Source: Bacillota bacterium
GTDB lineage: Bacteria > Bacillota > Clostridia > Christensenellales > SZUA-584
Length of the DNA: 64,000 nt
Direction: 5' to 3'
Assembly: GCA_023399095.1 (NCBI GenBank)
Contig: JAEWQS010000189.1
Coordinates: forward strand, 16,243 to 80,242
The notes beneath the pieces are model-generated. The model saw nothing but the letters and a program-made list of their open reading frames with translations. It had not been told where the DNA came from and made no database searches. Positions 36,551-46,986 of this stretch are shown here, in pieces; positions within the stretch are counted from its first letter, which is position 1; every line of letters begins with the position of its first letter. Both the position numbers and the translations under genes were made by a program.

Positions 36551-37542
36551 AAACCAAGATATTTGTGGCAGTCGTGTGTCTTGTGGTTCTGCTTGGCGGC
36601 TGCGCTGGGGAAGAGCAGCCCATGGCGGAGACTACCAAAGATCAACCGATCGTGGTCGGGTTTTCGCAGGTCGGCGCAGAGTCGGAATGGCGTGTGGCCA
36701 ATACCGAAAACATGAAGGCCACGCTATGCGAAGAAAACGGATATGAGCTGATTTTTGACGACGCCCGAAATGAGCAGGAAAACCAGATCAAAGCGATCCG
36801 CAACTTTATCCAACAGGATGTTGACTATATCGTGTTCTCTCCAAGGGTTGAAACGGGTTGGAATTCGATTTTGCAGGAAGTGAAGGAGGCCGGTATACCG
36901 GTGATCGTGATTGACCGCTATATTGAAGCGGCAGATGAAGACCTGTATACGGCGTATATCGGCTCCGACTTTCGAAAAGAAGGCGATAAAGCCGTGAAGT
37001 GGCTGCAGGATTTGCTGGAGAAACAAGGGAGAAAACGAGAGCCCATCGGAATTGTGCATATTCAAGGCACGCTTGCATCCTCCGCGCAGATCGGCCGAAC
37101 CGGTGCGCTGGAGAACGCAGTCGGCCAAAACCCTTACTGGACAATTGTCGCACAGGAAGACGGCGATTTTACAAGGGCCAAGACTTACGAGGTCATGGGC
37201 GAAATTTTAAAGAAGACGAAAGAAATCGACGTCGTTTACTGTGAGAACGATGGTGAAGCGCTCGGTGCGATTGACGCGATGGAAGAGGCAGGACTGAAAT
37301 GCAACGTGAATGGCGGCGTCATTGTCATCTCGTTCGACGCGACAAGGCTGGGGCTTGAGTATTGCTTGGAGGGAAAAATCGGCCTGACTGTAGAATGTAA
37401 CCCCCTTCAGGGTCCCTATGTGGATGAGATCATTAAAAAGCTCGAGCGTGGAGAGCCGATAGAGCGGGAGACATTCATTGACGAGACCCAGTTCGACTGC
37501 TTCACCATCACGCAGGAGATGATTGACACCAGGGAATATTGA
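36547..37542 (+). CDS. Sugar-binding lipoprotein, likely sensory partner of the kinase
   Basis: TTG start behind aaggag. Lipobox LLGGC and a type-I periplasmic binding fold. No ABC genes are translationally linked, and its start overlaps the kinase stop. Confidence 0.75.
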   Translation: MKTKIFVAVVCLVVLLGGCAGEEQPMAETTKDQPIVVGFSQVGAESEWRVANTENMKATLCEENGYELIFDDARNEQENQIKAIRNFIQQDVDYIVFSPRVETGWNSILQEVKEAGIPVIVIDRYIEAADEDLYTAYIGSDFRKEGDKAVKWLQDLLEKQGRKREPIGIVHIQGTLASSAQIGRTGALENAVGQNPYWTIVAQEDGDFTRAKTYEVMGEILKKTKEIDVVYCENDGEALGAIDAMEEAGLKCNVNGGVIVISFDATRLGLEYCLEGKIGLTVECNPLQGPYVDEIIKKLERGEPIERETFIDETQFDCFTITQEMIDTREY

Positions 37543-37913
37543 TGGATAGTGGTGATGAATGTCTTTACCAGACTTCAGTTTAATTGAAATTTATTACAAT
37601 GCGAAAGATTAACAATTCAACCAATGCAATAAATAAGAACAACAATTGAAACGACAGTATCAGGCAAACGAAAGCTGTTTTTGATATATCGCTGCTTTTT
37701 GGCCGTTGATTATAACCGGAAATGTTTGAAAAATTATTACCGGTTTTAGATTTCTTTATAGATTCGTTCCAATGGGTTTGCTATTTACTCAATATGGTTG
37801 AAATTTTTACGAAGTTTCCCTGCCAACATTGTTTTTCATATATGCGGTTGTTAAAATACAAAGTGTTCTTAGATGCATAGCTTCAAGAATAAATATGGAA
37901 AGGAACTCTAATT

Positions 37914-38969
37914 ATGAAAAAACTGTTGGTTGTCTTTTTAACTGTTGTCCTGGCGTTTAGTCTGATCGCATGCAGCGCACAGACACCCGCTCCGAGCGAA
38001 TCGGCACCTGCCGAGGAATCCGCTGAAGCTCCGGCACCTGCCGAGGAATCCGCTGAAGCTCCGGCACCCGCCGAAGAAGCTGGTGGGCTGATTAAGGTTG
38101 GTATCGTCAACAATCCGCCGGCTGAGTCCGGATATCGCGCAGCGAATGTGGCAGACTTTGAAAAAGTCTTCACGGAAGCGAACGGATATGAAGTTTCGAC
38201 CTTCTACAGCTTGAAAAATGATGAGCAGCTGAATGCAGCTGCGCAGTTTATCACTGATGGCGTGGACTACCTTCTCATCTCGGCGGCGGCTACAGATGGT
38301 TGGGATGCTGTTCTTACCAATGCTCAGGAAGCCGGAATCAAAGTGTTCCTCTTCGACCGTATGATGAACGTCGATGAGAGCATGTATGAAGCTGCTGTTG
38401 TTTCCGACATGGCAAATCAGGGCACGACGGCTGTGGAATGGCTCAAGGCGCAGAAGCTTGATGCGTATAATGTCATCCACATTCAGGGCGCAATGGGCAG
38501 CGATGCACAGATCGGCCGTACAGCCGCTTTGGATGCTGAGTTTGCAGCCGGCACAATGAATAAGGTTGTACAGCAGACCGCTACTTGGGATGAAGCCGAA
38601 GCAAAGAAAATTGTAGAAGCTGTTATCAATTCCGGTGACGAATTCAACGTGATCTATGCCGAAAATGATGGCATGGCAAAGGGTGCTGTTGCAGCGCTTG
38701 ATGAAGCTGGTATCACCCACGGCGTTGGCAAAGATGTTGTTGTTATGGGCTTCGATTGCAACAAGTGGGCGCTTAGAGAGCTGCTTGCCGGCAACTGGAA
38801 CTATGACGGTCAGTGCAGCCCCTTCCAGGCAACTGTCATCGCTGAGATGATACAGAAGCTTGAAGCTGGCGAAACGCTTTCTGAAAAGAAAGTTATTTCT
38901 GAAGAGCGTGGTTTTGATGCAACGACGATTACGCAAGAGGACATCGATACATACGGTCTCGGCGAATAA
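37914..38969 (+). CDS. Sugar ABC transporter substrate-binding lipoprotein (YtfQ/ChvE-like)
   Basis: Lipobox LIAC, a repetitive PAEESAEAPA linker, then a periplasmic binding fold. Confidence 0.85.
   Translation: MKKLLVVFLTVVLAFSLIACSAQTPAPSESAPAEESAEAPAPAEESAEAPAPAEEAGGLIKVGIVNNPPAESGYRAANVADFEKVFTEANGYEVSTFYSLKNDEQLNAAAQFITDGVDYLLISAAATDGWDAVLTNAQEAGIKVFLFDRMMNVDESMYEAAVVSDMANQGTTAVEWLKAQKLDAYNVIHIQGAMGSDAQIGRTAALDAEFAAGTMNKVVQQTATWDEAEAKKIVEAVINSGDEFNVIYAENDGMAKGAVAALDEAGITHGVGKDVVVMGFDCNKWALRELLAGNWNYDGQCSPFQATVIAEMIQKLEAGETLSEKKVISEERGFDATTITQEDIDTYGLGE
38004..38080 (+). repeat. Tandem 30-bp repeat (2.5 units) encoding APAEESAEAP
   Basis: gcacctgccgaggaatccgctgaagctccg occurs at 38004 and again at 38034, followed by a partial third unit. 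Confidence 0.9.
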
Positions 38970-39093
38970 TCTCTACACCTAATAACAGGGACTTTGTATG
39001 AAGTATGTGCGGTGCGGAGTATGCGGATAATATCCGCACACTCGCACCGCTATCTTTACGAAAATCCCAACGCTTAAAGGATGGTTAGTACCT

Positions 39094-40614
39094 ATGCAAA
39101 ACGATATCGTTTTATCCATGCGGAAAATATGCAAAGCCTTCCCGGGCGTACGCGCTTTGCATAATGTGGATTTCACTCTTTGTAAAGGCGAAATTCACGC
39201 CCTGATGGGTGAGAATGGAGCCGGCAAGTCAACCTTGGTCAAAGTTTTAACAGGCGTATACCCGAAAGATTCAGGGCAAATCCACATAGCGGGTATTAAC
39301 AAAGAAGTTACGATAAAATCACCTCAAGAGGCTCAAAATTTAGGCATCAGTACGGTTTATCAGGAGATAACCCTTTGCCCAAACCTTACGGTTGCCGAAA
39401 ATATGTTTATCGGACGGGGCAATTACAATTTTGTCAATTGGCGGTCTATGGTCAAGAAGACGACACAGATACTTGACAGACTTAAAATTCCGGCGAGAGC
39501 CACTCAGCAGCTGGCCACTTGCTCGCTGGCTGTACAGCAAATGGTCGCCATTGCCCGTGCCGTGGATATGGACTGCAAAGTCCTTATCTTAGACGAGCCG
39601 ACCTCCTCTCTGGACGAACACGAGGTTGAAAAGCTTTTTTCTCTTATGCGCGAACTGAAGTCGCGCGGTGTCGGCATCGTTTTCATCACGCATTTTCTTG
39701 AACAGGTGTACGAGATATGCGACAAGATTACCGTTTTGAGGAATGGCGAATTCGTTGGAGAGTACGAAATAAAAGATTTGCCGCGTGTACAGCTCATTTC
39801 AAAGATGATGGGTAAAGAACTCGACGACATTTCAGCATTGGAAAATCGAAAGGAATTGCACACCGAGGCGGAGGCCATGCCCGTTTTCGAGGCATTTGGG
39901 TTATCCAGCGCGGTGGGCACAAAGGCGTTTGATTTTAAAATTCATAAGGGAGAAGTGAACGGGTTTACCGGGCTTCTTGGTTCTGGCCGGAGCGAATGCG
40001 TACGGGCGATATTCGGCGCTGACAAAATAACCGGCGGCAAGGTGAAGGTAAACGGAGAAAACGTAAAAATATCCAAACCCAAGAATGCCATGAAGCATGG
40101 CGTTGGGTATCTGCCCGAGGACAGAAAGCAGGATGGTATCGTTGAGGATCTGTCCGTGCGTGATAATATTATACTTGCATTACAGGTGATGAAGGGCTTT
40201 TTTCGGCCTTTTTCCAAAACGGAGGCGGAAGCCTTTGCAGACCAGTACATCAAATTATTAGGGATAAAAACGGCTTCGACGGACACACCCATAAAATCAC
40301 TTTCGGGCGGCAATCAGCAAAAGGTCATACTCGCTCGCTGGTTGCTCACAAATCCAAAGTATCTTATCTTGGACGAACCGACGCGAGGTATTGACGTCGG
40401 TACAAAAGTTGAAATACAAAAGCTTGTGCTCAAGCTTGCCGAAGATGGCGTCAGCGTGACGTTTATCTCATCTGAAATAGAGGAAATGCTTCGCACTTGT
40501 TCGCGGCTCATCGTTATGCGGGATCGTAAAATAGTGGGCGAACTTAAGGGTGAGGACATGACGCAAGCAAAAATCATGCACACGATAGCGGGGGAGGCAG
40601 TTCAAAATGGCTAA
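39094..40614 (+). CDS. Sugar ABC transporter ATP-binding protein (two ABC domains, YtfR/AraG-like)
   Basis: GENGAGKST, LSGGNQQK, LILDEPT in duplicate-domain order. Confidence 0.9.
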   Translation: MQNDIVLSMRKICKAFPGVRALHNVDFTLCKGEIHALMGENGAGKSTLVKVLTGVYPKDSGQIHIAGINKEVTIKSPQEAQNLGISTVYQEITLCPNLTVAENMFIGRGNYNFVNWRSMVKKTTQILDRLKIPARATQQLATCSLAVQQMVAIARAVDMDCKVLILDEPTSSLDEHEVEKLFSLMRELKSRGVGIVFITHFLEQVYEICDKITVLRNGEFVGEYEIKDLPRVQLISKMMGKELDDISALENRKELHTEAEAMPVFEAFGLSSAVGTKAFDFKIHKGEVNGFTGLLGSGRSECVRAIFGADKITGGKVKVNGENVKISKPKNAMKHGVGYLPEDRKQDGIVEDLSVRDNIILALQVMKGFFRPFSKTEAEAFADQYIKLLGIKTASTDTPIKSLSGGNQQKVILARWLLTNPKYLILDEPTRGIDVGTKVEIQKLVLKLAEDGVSVTFISSEIEEMLRTCSRLIVMRDRKIVGELKGEDMTQAKIMHTIAGEAVQNG

Positions 40615-41689
40615 AGGTTTAAAGAAATTAATGAGGTCTCAATTGATTATCCCGTTGTTTGCGCTTTTTTTGATCATTGTTTTTAATTTGATCAGGGATG
40701 TTGGATTTTTTTCTTTAACCGTTACAACCAACAACGATGGAAACACCGTTCTTTCAGGAAATATAATCAGTATTCTAAACGGCGCATCTGAGCTTGCTAT
40801 TTTGGCAATCGGTATGACGCTGGTCACCGCATCGTCGAGAGGACAGGATATCAGCGTTGGTGCAGCGGTGGCCATAGCGGGCAGTGTTTTTATGAGGGTG
40901 CTTCGTGAGAATCAAATTACCATGCCAATTATTCTTCTCGCCTTTTTGGCAAGCTGTGTGGTTGCCATTATTTTCGGCGCATTCAACGGCACGTTGGTTG
41001 CCGTATTCAAGATTTTGCCGATGATTGCGACATTGATACTGTTTACTGCGGGACGACCTATCGCGTATTGGATAAACGGCGGGGCCACGCCGACTGTTGA
41101 CAGCCCACTGCTGGGGAATATCGGCAGTTTTATTCCGGGTATCCCCATACCTACACCCATTATTATTGTAATAGTTTTCGGTGTGTTGGTTTCCCTTATA
41201 TTAAGGTTCACCAATCTCGGGTTATACACACAAGCGGTTGGAATTAACGAAAAATCCGCCCGCCTAAACGGAATTAACGTTGTTTGGATGAAACTATTAT
41301 CGTTTATAATACTGGGTGTTTGCGTTGCTATAGCGGGAACAATCAGCGTCAGCAGAATGGGACTTATCAACCATGAAACCATTCTTTTGGATATTGAAAT
41401 GGATGCTATTTTGGCTGTTGCTATCGGAGGCAATGCGCTAAGCGGCGGAAAATTCAGCTTAACCGGTTCTGTGATCGGGGCATACATTATTCAGGCGTTG
41501 ACAATTACGTTATATGCCATGAAGGTTCCTTCAACGGCGGTAAAGGCCTATAAGGCCATTGTTATTATAGCCATCGTTGTGATTAGTTCGCCCATTGTAA
41601 AAGAATATGCCATTCAGCTGCGCGATAAGCTGTTTAAAAAATCGACGAAAGTAGCAGAGAATTACATCGATGGTGGTAAAAGCCTGTAG
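40607..41689 (+). CDS. Sugar ABC transporter permease 1 (YtfT-like)
   Basis: 360-aa multi-TM protein. The start overlaps the ATPase stop. Confidence 0.85.
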   Translation: MAKGLKKLMRSQLIIPLFALFLIIVFNLIRDVGFFSLTVTTNNDGNTVLSGNIISILNGASELAILAIGMTLVTASSRGQDISVGAAVAIAGSVFMRVLRENQITMPIILLAFLASCVVAIIFGAFNGTLVAVFKILPMIATLILFTAGRPIAYWINGGATPTVDSPLLGNIGSFIPGIPIPTPIIIVIVFGVLVSLILRFTNLGLYTQAVGINEKSARLNGINVVWMKLLSFIILGVCVAIAGTISVSRMGLINHETILLDIEMDAILAVAIGGNALSGGKFSLTGSVIGAYIIQALTITLYAMKVPSTAVKAYKAIVIIAIVVISSPIVKEYAIQLRDKLFKKSTKVAENYIDGGKSL

Positions 41690-41786
41690 GGCAATTGGTA
41701 ATATGGCCATCGTTGTCAATGGTTCGTCAATTGTAAAAGAGTAGCCTTTCAGCTGCGCAACAAGCTGTTTAAAAAACCGATGAAGT
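41570..41786 (+). repeat. Imperfect direct duplication of the 3' end of permease 1, offset 136 bp
   Basis: gccatcgttgtgattagttcgcccattgtaaaagaatatgccattcagctgcgcgataagctgtttaaaaaatcgacgaa (41570..) recurs as gccatcgttgtcaatggttcgtcaattgtaaaagagtagcctttcagctgcgcaacaagctgtttaaaaaaccgatgaa (41706..). Confidence 0.85.
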
Positions 41787-41803
41787 TAACGGAGAAGAAT
41801 AAT

Positions 41804-42934
41804 ATGACAAGTAAAAGAGGTCTATTTGCCGGGATGCCGGGGAAAAAACGCAAGGAGCCAATTTCCAACACCAATTTGCTCTTGACCATAACAATTTGCA
41901 CCTTCATTGGCATGTACGTACTTGCAATGCTTGTCTGGGGTGGCGGTTTCTTGAATCCTCAGCAGTTTCTTGATATTTTCAATAACAATGCGTTCTTGAT
42001 TGTGATTTCCTGCGGACTGACTATCGTGATGATCGCAGGTGGCATCGATATTTCAGTGGGCGGCATAACCGCGCTGGTGACCATGGCTTGCGTTGTTTAT
42101 CTGGATGACCATGGCGGCAGCGTCATAGGCTCGGTGGGTTTGGCTTTGGGTATAGGGATAGCGTTCGGATTGATTCAGGGAACGTTGATAGCTTATTTGG
42201 ATATTCAGCCCTTTATTGTCTCTTTAGCGGGCATGTTCTTTGCAAAAGGTCTGACAACCATCGTCAGCGCTGCTCCGCGCACAGCGGTACATGAGGCCTT
42301 CATGGCCCTTAAGGATTTCCGTATCGTTATTCCGGGTATCGGTTCATATGGAAAAACCGGCAATTTTATTCCCGCCAAAATTGAGCTCGGCGTTGTGGTC
42401 GCTATCGCTATTGTATTGATTATATTCATTATTCTCAAATGGACGCGATTCGGTCGCAACCTCTACGCGGTGGGCGGTAACAAACAAAGCGCGTTAATGC
42501 TCGGCATCAACGTCAAACGCACAAAATTCTATTCCTATTTGCTGTGCGGGTTGTTAGCCGGAATCGGCGGCTATGTCTATATGCTGCACACAGGGGCAGG
42601 GAACGCCTCCAATGCAACCGCCGCAGAAATGCAAGCGATTGCATCTGCCATTATCGGCGGGACATTATTAACCGGCGGCGTTGGCAATGTTATCGGTACG
42701 CTTTTCGGGGTGCTTTCGTTAAAGACAATCAGCAATATTGTGATTGCTTCGGGGCTTAGGGAGCCATATTGGCAGAGCATTACTATCGGGCTCATGCTGT
42801 GCTTCTTTATTTTGCTTCAGAGCGTCGTTCTCGCGCTTCGTGATAAGGGCGGCTTTAAGTCGGTGCTGCCGGAATGGATGATGTTTAAAAGCAGGAAAAG
42901 AAGCGAAGATAGCGCGAAGGATATGACCTCTTAA
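41804..42934 (+). CDS. Sugar ABC transporter permease 2 (YjfF-like)
   Basis: Multi-TM protein. ATG 41804 behind ggagaag is preferred, because ATG 41780 lies inside the duplicated pseudo-3' end. Confidence 0.85.
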   Translation: MTSKRGLFAGMPGKKRKEPISNTNLLLTITICTFIGMYVLAMLVWGGGFLNPQQFLDIFNNNAFLIVISCGLTIVMIAGGIDISVGGITALVTMACVVYLDDHGGSVIGSVGLALGIGIAFGLIQGTLIAYLDIQPFIVSLAGMFFAKGLTTIVSAAPRTAVHEAFMALKDFRIVIPGIGSYGKTGNFIPAKIELGVVVAIAIVLIIFIILKWTRFGRNLYAVGGNKQSALMLGINVKRTKFYSYLLCGLLAGIGGYVYMLHTGAGNASNATAAEMQAIASAIIGGTLLTGGVGNVIGTLFGVLSLKTISNIVIASGLREPYWQSITIGLMLCFFILLQSVVLALRDKGGFKSVLPEWMMFKSRKRSEDSAKDMTS

Positions 42935-43199
42935 TAATAACGATCTGTTATGCGATCATTTCGCGTGTGTTCCGGCATTTTCTGAAGATATCATAAAAAC
43001 ATATAAGCTGTATGCGGCATTTGATTCCTCCCGCGCGTGTTTACGGCACAGCTAGGCGCAAGGCTGGGTACCCCCCAGCTTTGTGTAGTTAAAAAACAAA
43101 CAGATGTGCGAGAAACACGAAAAAATCGGATATAAACGCTATCGGCTTGGGCATTGCTATTGTATAATAGACAGAAAGCCCCATTAATAAGGAGGACGT

Positions 43200-44792
43200 A
43201 TGGATAATCATCTCGACAAAAGCGCAATTATGAATGGCGACACATACCTAGGAATTGAGCTTGGGTCCACGCGCATCAAGGCCGTGTTGATCGATAACAC
43301 GCACAGACAGATCGCGTCGGGCGGTCATACGTGGGAAAACAAGCTTGAAGACGGCATCTGGACGTACTCGCTTGACGATATCTGGACAGGTATCCGCGAC
43401 TGTTACGCACAGATGGCTAAAGACGTGAACGACAAATATGGCTTACAGCTCGATACCGTCGGTGCAATCGGCGTTTCAGCCATGATGCACGGGTACATGG
43501 CATTTGATAAAGACGATAACTTGCTTGTGCCGTTCCGCACATGGCGCAACACCATCACGGGCGAGGCATCGGAAAAACTCACGGAACTATTCGGATTCCA
43601 TGTGCCGCAGCGCTGGAGCATTGCGCACCTGTATCAGGCAATCCTCAATGGCGAACCGCATGTGAAGGATTTAAGCTTCCTCACCACACTCGCTGGATAT
43701 ATCCACTGGCAATTGACAGGGGAGAAGGTGCTGGGCATCGGAGACGCGTCAGGCATGTTCCCGATTGACGACGCCACAAGGCAATACGACAGCGACATGA
43801 TAAGCAAGTTTGATAAACTGACTGCGGATGTGCCATGGACGCTTTCAGATATTCTGCCGGGGATTTTGCCCGCGGGCGATAAAGCGGGGACGCTGACAGA
43901 GCAAGGCGCAAAGCGGCTCGACCCGAGCGGCGCTCTCAAAGCGGGTATCCCGATGTGTCCGCCCGAAGGCGACGCGGGCACCGGTATGGTGGCGACCAAC
44001 AGCGTGCGCATGCGTACAGGCAACGTCAGCGCAGGCACCAGCGTATTTGCCATGATTGTGCTGGAAAAATCGCTGTCCAAAGTTTATCCGGAGATCGATA
44101 TGGTCACCACACCTGCCGGTGATGCCGTGGCGATGGTGCACTGCAACAACTGCCTGGGTGACCTCGACGCATGGGTCAAGCTGCTCGGCGAAGCAGCCAA
44201 ATTGCTTGGCGCGCAGTTTGATACCAAAACGCTTTATAGCAAGCTCTTAAATAACGCGCTTAACGGCGCCTCAGACTGCGACGGCCTGCTCTCATATAAT
44301 TACATCTCGGGTGAACATGTGACGGACTTCACGCAAGGACGGCCGCTGTTCACACGCACACCGGATGGCGAGTTTAATCTGGCGGGCTTCATGCGCACAC
44401 ACCTGTATTCGGCCGTGGCCTCGCTGAAAATCGGCATTAAGATACTGCTGGAAGATGAGGGCGCCGCGCTCGATTCCATTACAGGACACGGCGGCTTCTT
44501 CAAGGATGCCAACGTTGGCCAGCGGATCATGTCTGCGGCGATGGGCGCACCTGTGACCGTTATGGCGACAGCCGGTGAAGGCGGGCCGTGGGGTATGGCG
44601 GTGCTTGCGGCGTATATGATGAATAAACAAGGCGGGACGCTTCCAGATTATCTGAGCAGCCGCGTGTTCGCAGACGCAGAATGCACAACTGTGAAGTCGA
44701 ACGAAAAGGACATCGCGGGATTTGCGGTGTTTATGGAGAGGTATCAAGCCGGTCTGGCTGTAGAGCGGTCGGCTGTTGAGACGTTACGATAG
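43200..44792 (+). CDS. FGGY-family kinase, probable L-ribulokinase
   Basis: aaggagg [16 protein letters not shown]-terminus and GHGGFF near the C-terminus. The kinase call rests on the motifs, the substrate call on its position directly upstream of araA-araD. Confidence 0.7.
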   Translation: MDNHLDKSAIMNGDTYLGIELGSTRIKAVLIDNTHRQIASGGHTWENKLEDGIWTYSLDDIWTGIRDCYAQMAKDVNDKYGLQLDTVGAIGVSAMMHGYMAFDKDDNLLVPFRTWRNTITGEASEKLTELFGFHVPQRWSIAHLYQAILNGEPHVKDLSFLTTLAGYIHWQLTGEKVLGIGDASGMFPIDDATRQYDSDMISKFDKLTADVPWTLSDILPGILPAGDKAGTLTEQGAKRLDPSGALKAGIPMCPPEGDAGTGMVATNSVRMRTGNVSAGTSVFAMIVLEKSLSKVYPEIDMVTTPAGDAVAMVHCNNCLGDLDAWVKLLGEAAKLLGAQFDTKTLYSKLLNNALNGASDCDGLLSYNYISGEHVTDFTQGRPLFTRTPDGEFNLAGFMRTHLYSAVASLKIGIKILLEDEGAALDSITGHGGFFKDANVGQRIMSAAMGAPVTVMATAGEGGPWGMAVLAAYMMNKQGGTLPDYLSSRVFADAECTTVKSNEKDIAGFAVFMERYQAGLAVERSAVETLR

Positions 44793-44811
44793 AAGAAAAG
44801 GAGAAAAACTC

Positions 44812-46272
44812 ATGGCATATAAGTTTTGGTTTGTTGTCGGGTCACAGCATCTGTACGGCCCTGAGGTATTAAAAGAAGTTGCCGCTCACGCACAAACAAT
44901 GGCGGATGGCTTCAACGCGGATAAAAACATACCGTTTGAGGTAATTAGTAAAGGCGTGGTGACCACACCGGACGAGGTCAAAGAGGTGTGCGTCGCGGCC
45001 AACAGCGACAGCGAATGCGCAGGTGTGATCACATGGATGCACACGTTCTCGCCGAGCAAGATGTGGATCGGCGGCCTGAACATTCTTAATAAGCCATATC
45101 TGCACATTAACACGCAGTTCAACAAGAACCTGCCGTACGACACCATCGATATGAACTTCATGAACACCAATCAGTCGGCGCACGGCGACAGGGAACACGG
45201 CTTCATCACGTCACGGCTCAGATTGAAGAGAAAAATTATCTGCGGTTACTGGGAAGACGCAACGTTCACAAGCCGTGTCGGCGGCTGGATGAGAAGCGCG
45301 GTGGGTGCGATGACCAGCAAGAGCTTAAAAGTGATGCGCCTCGGCGACAACATGCGCTACGTGGCGGTGACAGAGGGCGATAAGGTGCAGGCCGAGAAAG
45401 ACCTGGGCTGGAGCGTCAACACGTACGGCGTGGGCGGCTTGGTGGAAAAGGTCAATGCTGTGACAGACGCGCAGGTGGATGCAAAGATTGATGAGTATAA
45501 AAGCAAATATGAAATAAAGACGGATAACATGGACGCGGTGAAGTATCAGGCGAAGCTCGAAATCGCGTTGGAACAGATGCTCGAATCGGGCGGATTCAGC
45601 GCCTACACGAACAGCTTCGAAGACCTGTTTGGTTTGGAGCAGCTGCCGGGTCTTGCGTCGCAGAATCTCATGGGCAAAGGTATCGGCTTCGGTGCTGAGG
45701 GCGACTGGAAGCAGGCGGCCTTGCAGGCCATCATCAGCGCGATGTCGCAGGGACTCACCAAGGGCTATTCTTTCATTGAGGACTATACCTATCACTTTGA
45801 AGATGGCAATGAGGCGGTGCTGGGCGCGCATATGCTCGAGATATCGCCCGCGATCGCGAAGGAGAAACCCGCGATTGAGGTGCATCCGCTGGGTATCGGC
45901 GGCAAAGCAGATCCCGCGCGTCTCGTGTTTGAAGGCAAGGATGGCGACGCGATACTCGTGACACTTGTCGATATGGGCGGACGGTTCCGCATGATCGTAC
46001 ACGATGTCAAGGCGATATCGCCGATGCAGAAGATGCCGAACCTGCCGGTGGCCAGCGTGATGTGGCGGCCCATGCCCGACATGATTACGGGCAACGAAGC
46101 GTGGATACGCTGCGGCGGCACGCATCACAGCGTGATATCGTACGACCTGACAGCGGAGAACATGGCGGATTTCGCTGAGATTCTCGGCATCGAGTTCGTA
46201 CATATCGGCAAGGATACGACGATTGACGGCATTAAGACAAAGCTCGCATTAGGCGACGTCATCTGGGGTTAG
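44812..46272 (+). CDS. araA: L-arabinose isomerase
   Basis: The canonical N-terminus [16 protein letters not shown] starts at ATG 44812 behind aaaggag. [30 protein letters not shown]. Confidence 0.9.
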   Translation: MAYKFWFVVGSQHLYGPEVLKEVAAHAQTMADGFNADKNIPFEVISKGVVTTPDEVKEVCVAANSDSECAGVITWMHTFSPSKMWIGGLNILNKPYLHINTQFNKNLPYDTIDMNFMNTNQSAHGDREHGFITSRLRLKRKIICGYWEDATFTSRVGGWMRSAVGAMTSKSLKVMRLGDNMRYVAVTEGDKVQAEKDLGWSVNTYGVGGLVEKVNAVTDAQVDAKIDEYKSKYEIKTDNMDAVKYQAKLEIALEQMLESGGFSAYTNSFEDLFGLEQLPGLASQNLMGKGIGFGAEGDWKQAALQAIISAMSQGLTKGYSFIEDYTYHFEDGNEAVLGAHMLEISPAIAKEKPAIEVHPLGIGGKADPARLVFEGKDGDAILVTLVDMGGRFRMIVHDVKAISPMQKMPNLPVASVMWRPMPDMITGNEAWIRCGGTHHSVISYDLTAENMADFAEILGIEFVHIGKDTTIDGIKTKLALGDVIWG

Positions 46273-46276
46273 GCAT

Positions 46277-46969
46277 ATGCTTGAGAAACTCAAAGAAGAA
46301 GTCCTGAAAGCCAACCTCGATCTCGTGAAATACGGACTCGTACTGCTGACATGGGGCAACGTGAGTGCGTACGACGAGGAGACGGGATACGTGGTGATTA
46401 AGCCGAGCGGCGTGAGCTACGACACAATGACTGCCGATGACATGGTCGTGGTTGACCTTAATGGCAACAGGGTGGAAGGGACGCTGAACCCGTCGTCGGA
46501 CACCCCGACGCATGTGGAGCTGTATAAGGCGTTCAAGGGCGTGAAGGCAGTTGTGCATACGCATTCCAAGTGGGCGACGAGCTGGGCGCAGGCCAACAAG
46601 GACATCCCCGCTCTTGGAACCACGCACGCGGATAACTTCTACGGCGCAATCCCGTGCACGCGGCGCATGACGGACGCGGAGATCAAGGGCGCTTACGAAA
46701 AGGAAACGGGCAGCGTGATCATACAGACGTTTGAAGAACGCGGCATTGACTCGTTGCAGGTGGGGGCTGTGATCGTGGCGAACCACGGGCCGTTTAGCTG
46801 GGGCACGTCTTGCACCAAGGCGGTGGAGAATGCTGTCGTGATGGAGTATATCGCTGAAATGGCGTATATTGCGACGGATATTAACCCAGATGCCAATTTG
46901 CAGCAGACGCTGCTCGACAAGCATTTCTTGCGCAAACACGGCAAGAACGCGTATTACGGACAGAAATAG
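46277..46969 (+). CDS. araD: L-ribulose-5-phosphate 4-epimerase
   Basis: [25 protein letters not shown] and [16 protein letters not shown] match AraD throughout. Confidence 0.92.
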   Translation: MLEKLKEEVLKANLDLVKYGLVLLTWGNVSAYDEETGYVVIKPSGVSYDTMTADDMVVVDLNGNRVEGTLNPSSDTPTHVELYKAFKGVKAVVHTHSKWATSWAQANKDIPALGTTHADNFYGAIPCTRRMTDAEIKGAYEKETGSVIIQTFEERGIDSLQVGAVIVANHGPFSWGTSCTKAVENAVVMEYIAEMAYIATDINPDANLQQTLLDKHFLRKHGKNAYYGQK

Positions 46970-46986
46970 ATATTAAATATACTCTT

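Noticed and set aside
37938-38936. 332-aa minus-strand ORF opposite the binding-protein gene. Similar cases occur at 10612-11355, 20737-21447, 45325-46203, 55000-55713 and 62623-63438.
   Set aside because: All lie antisense to confidently assigned genes. They lack start contexts and domains and have low-complexity Arg/His-rich products.
41780-41803. Upstream ATG extending permease 2 by 8 codons
   Set aside because: The ATG lies within the degenerate duplicate of the permease-1 3' end. The ggagaag RBS serves ATG 41804.
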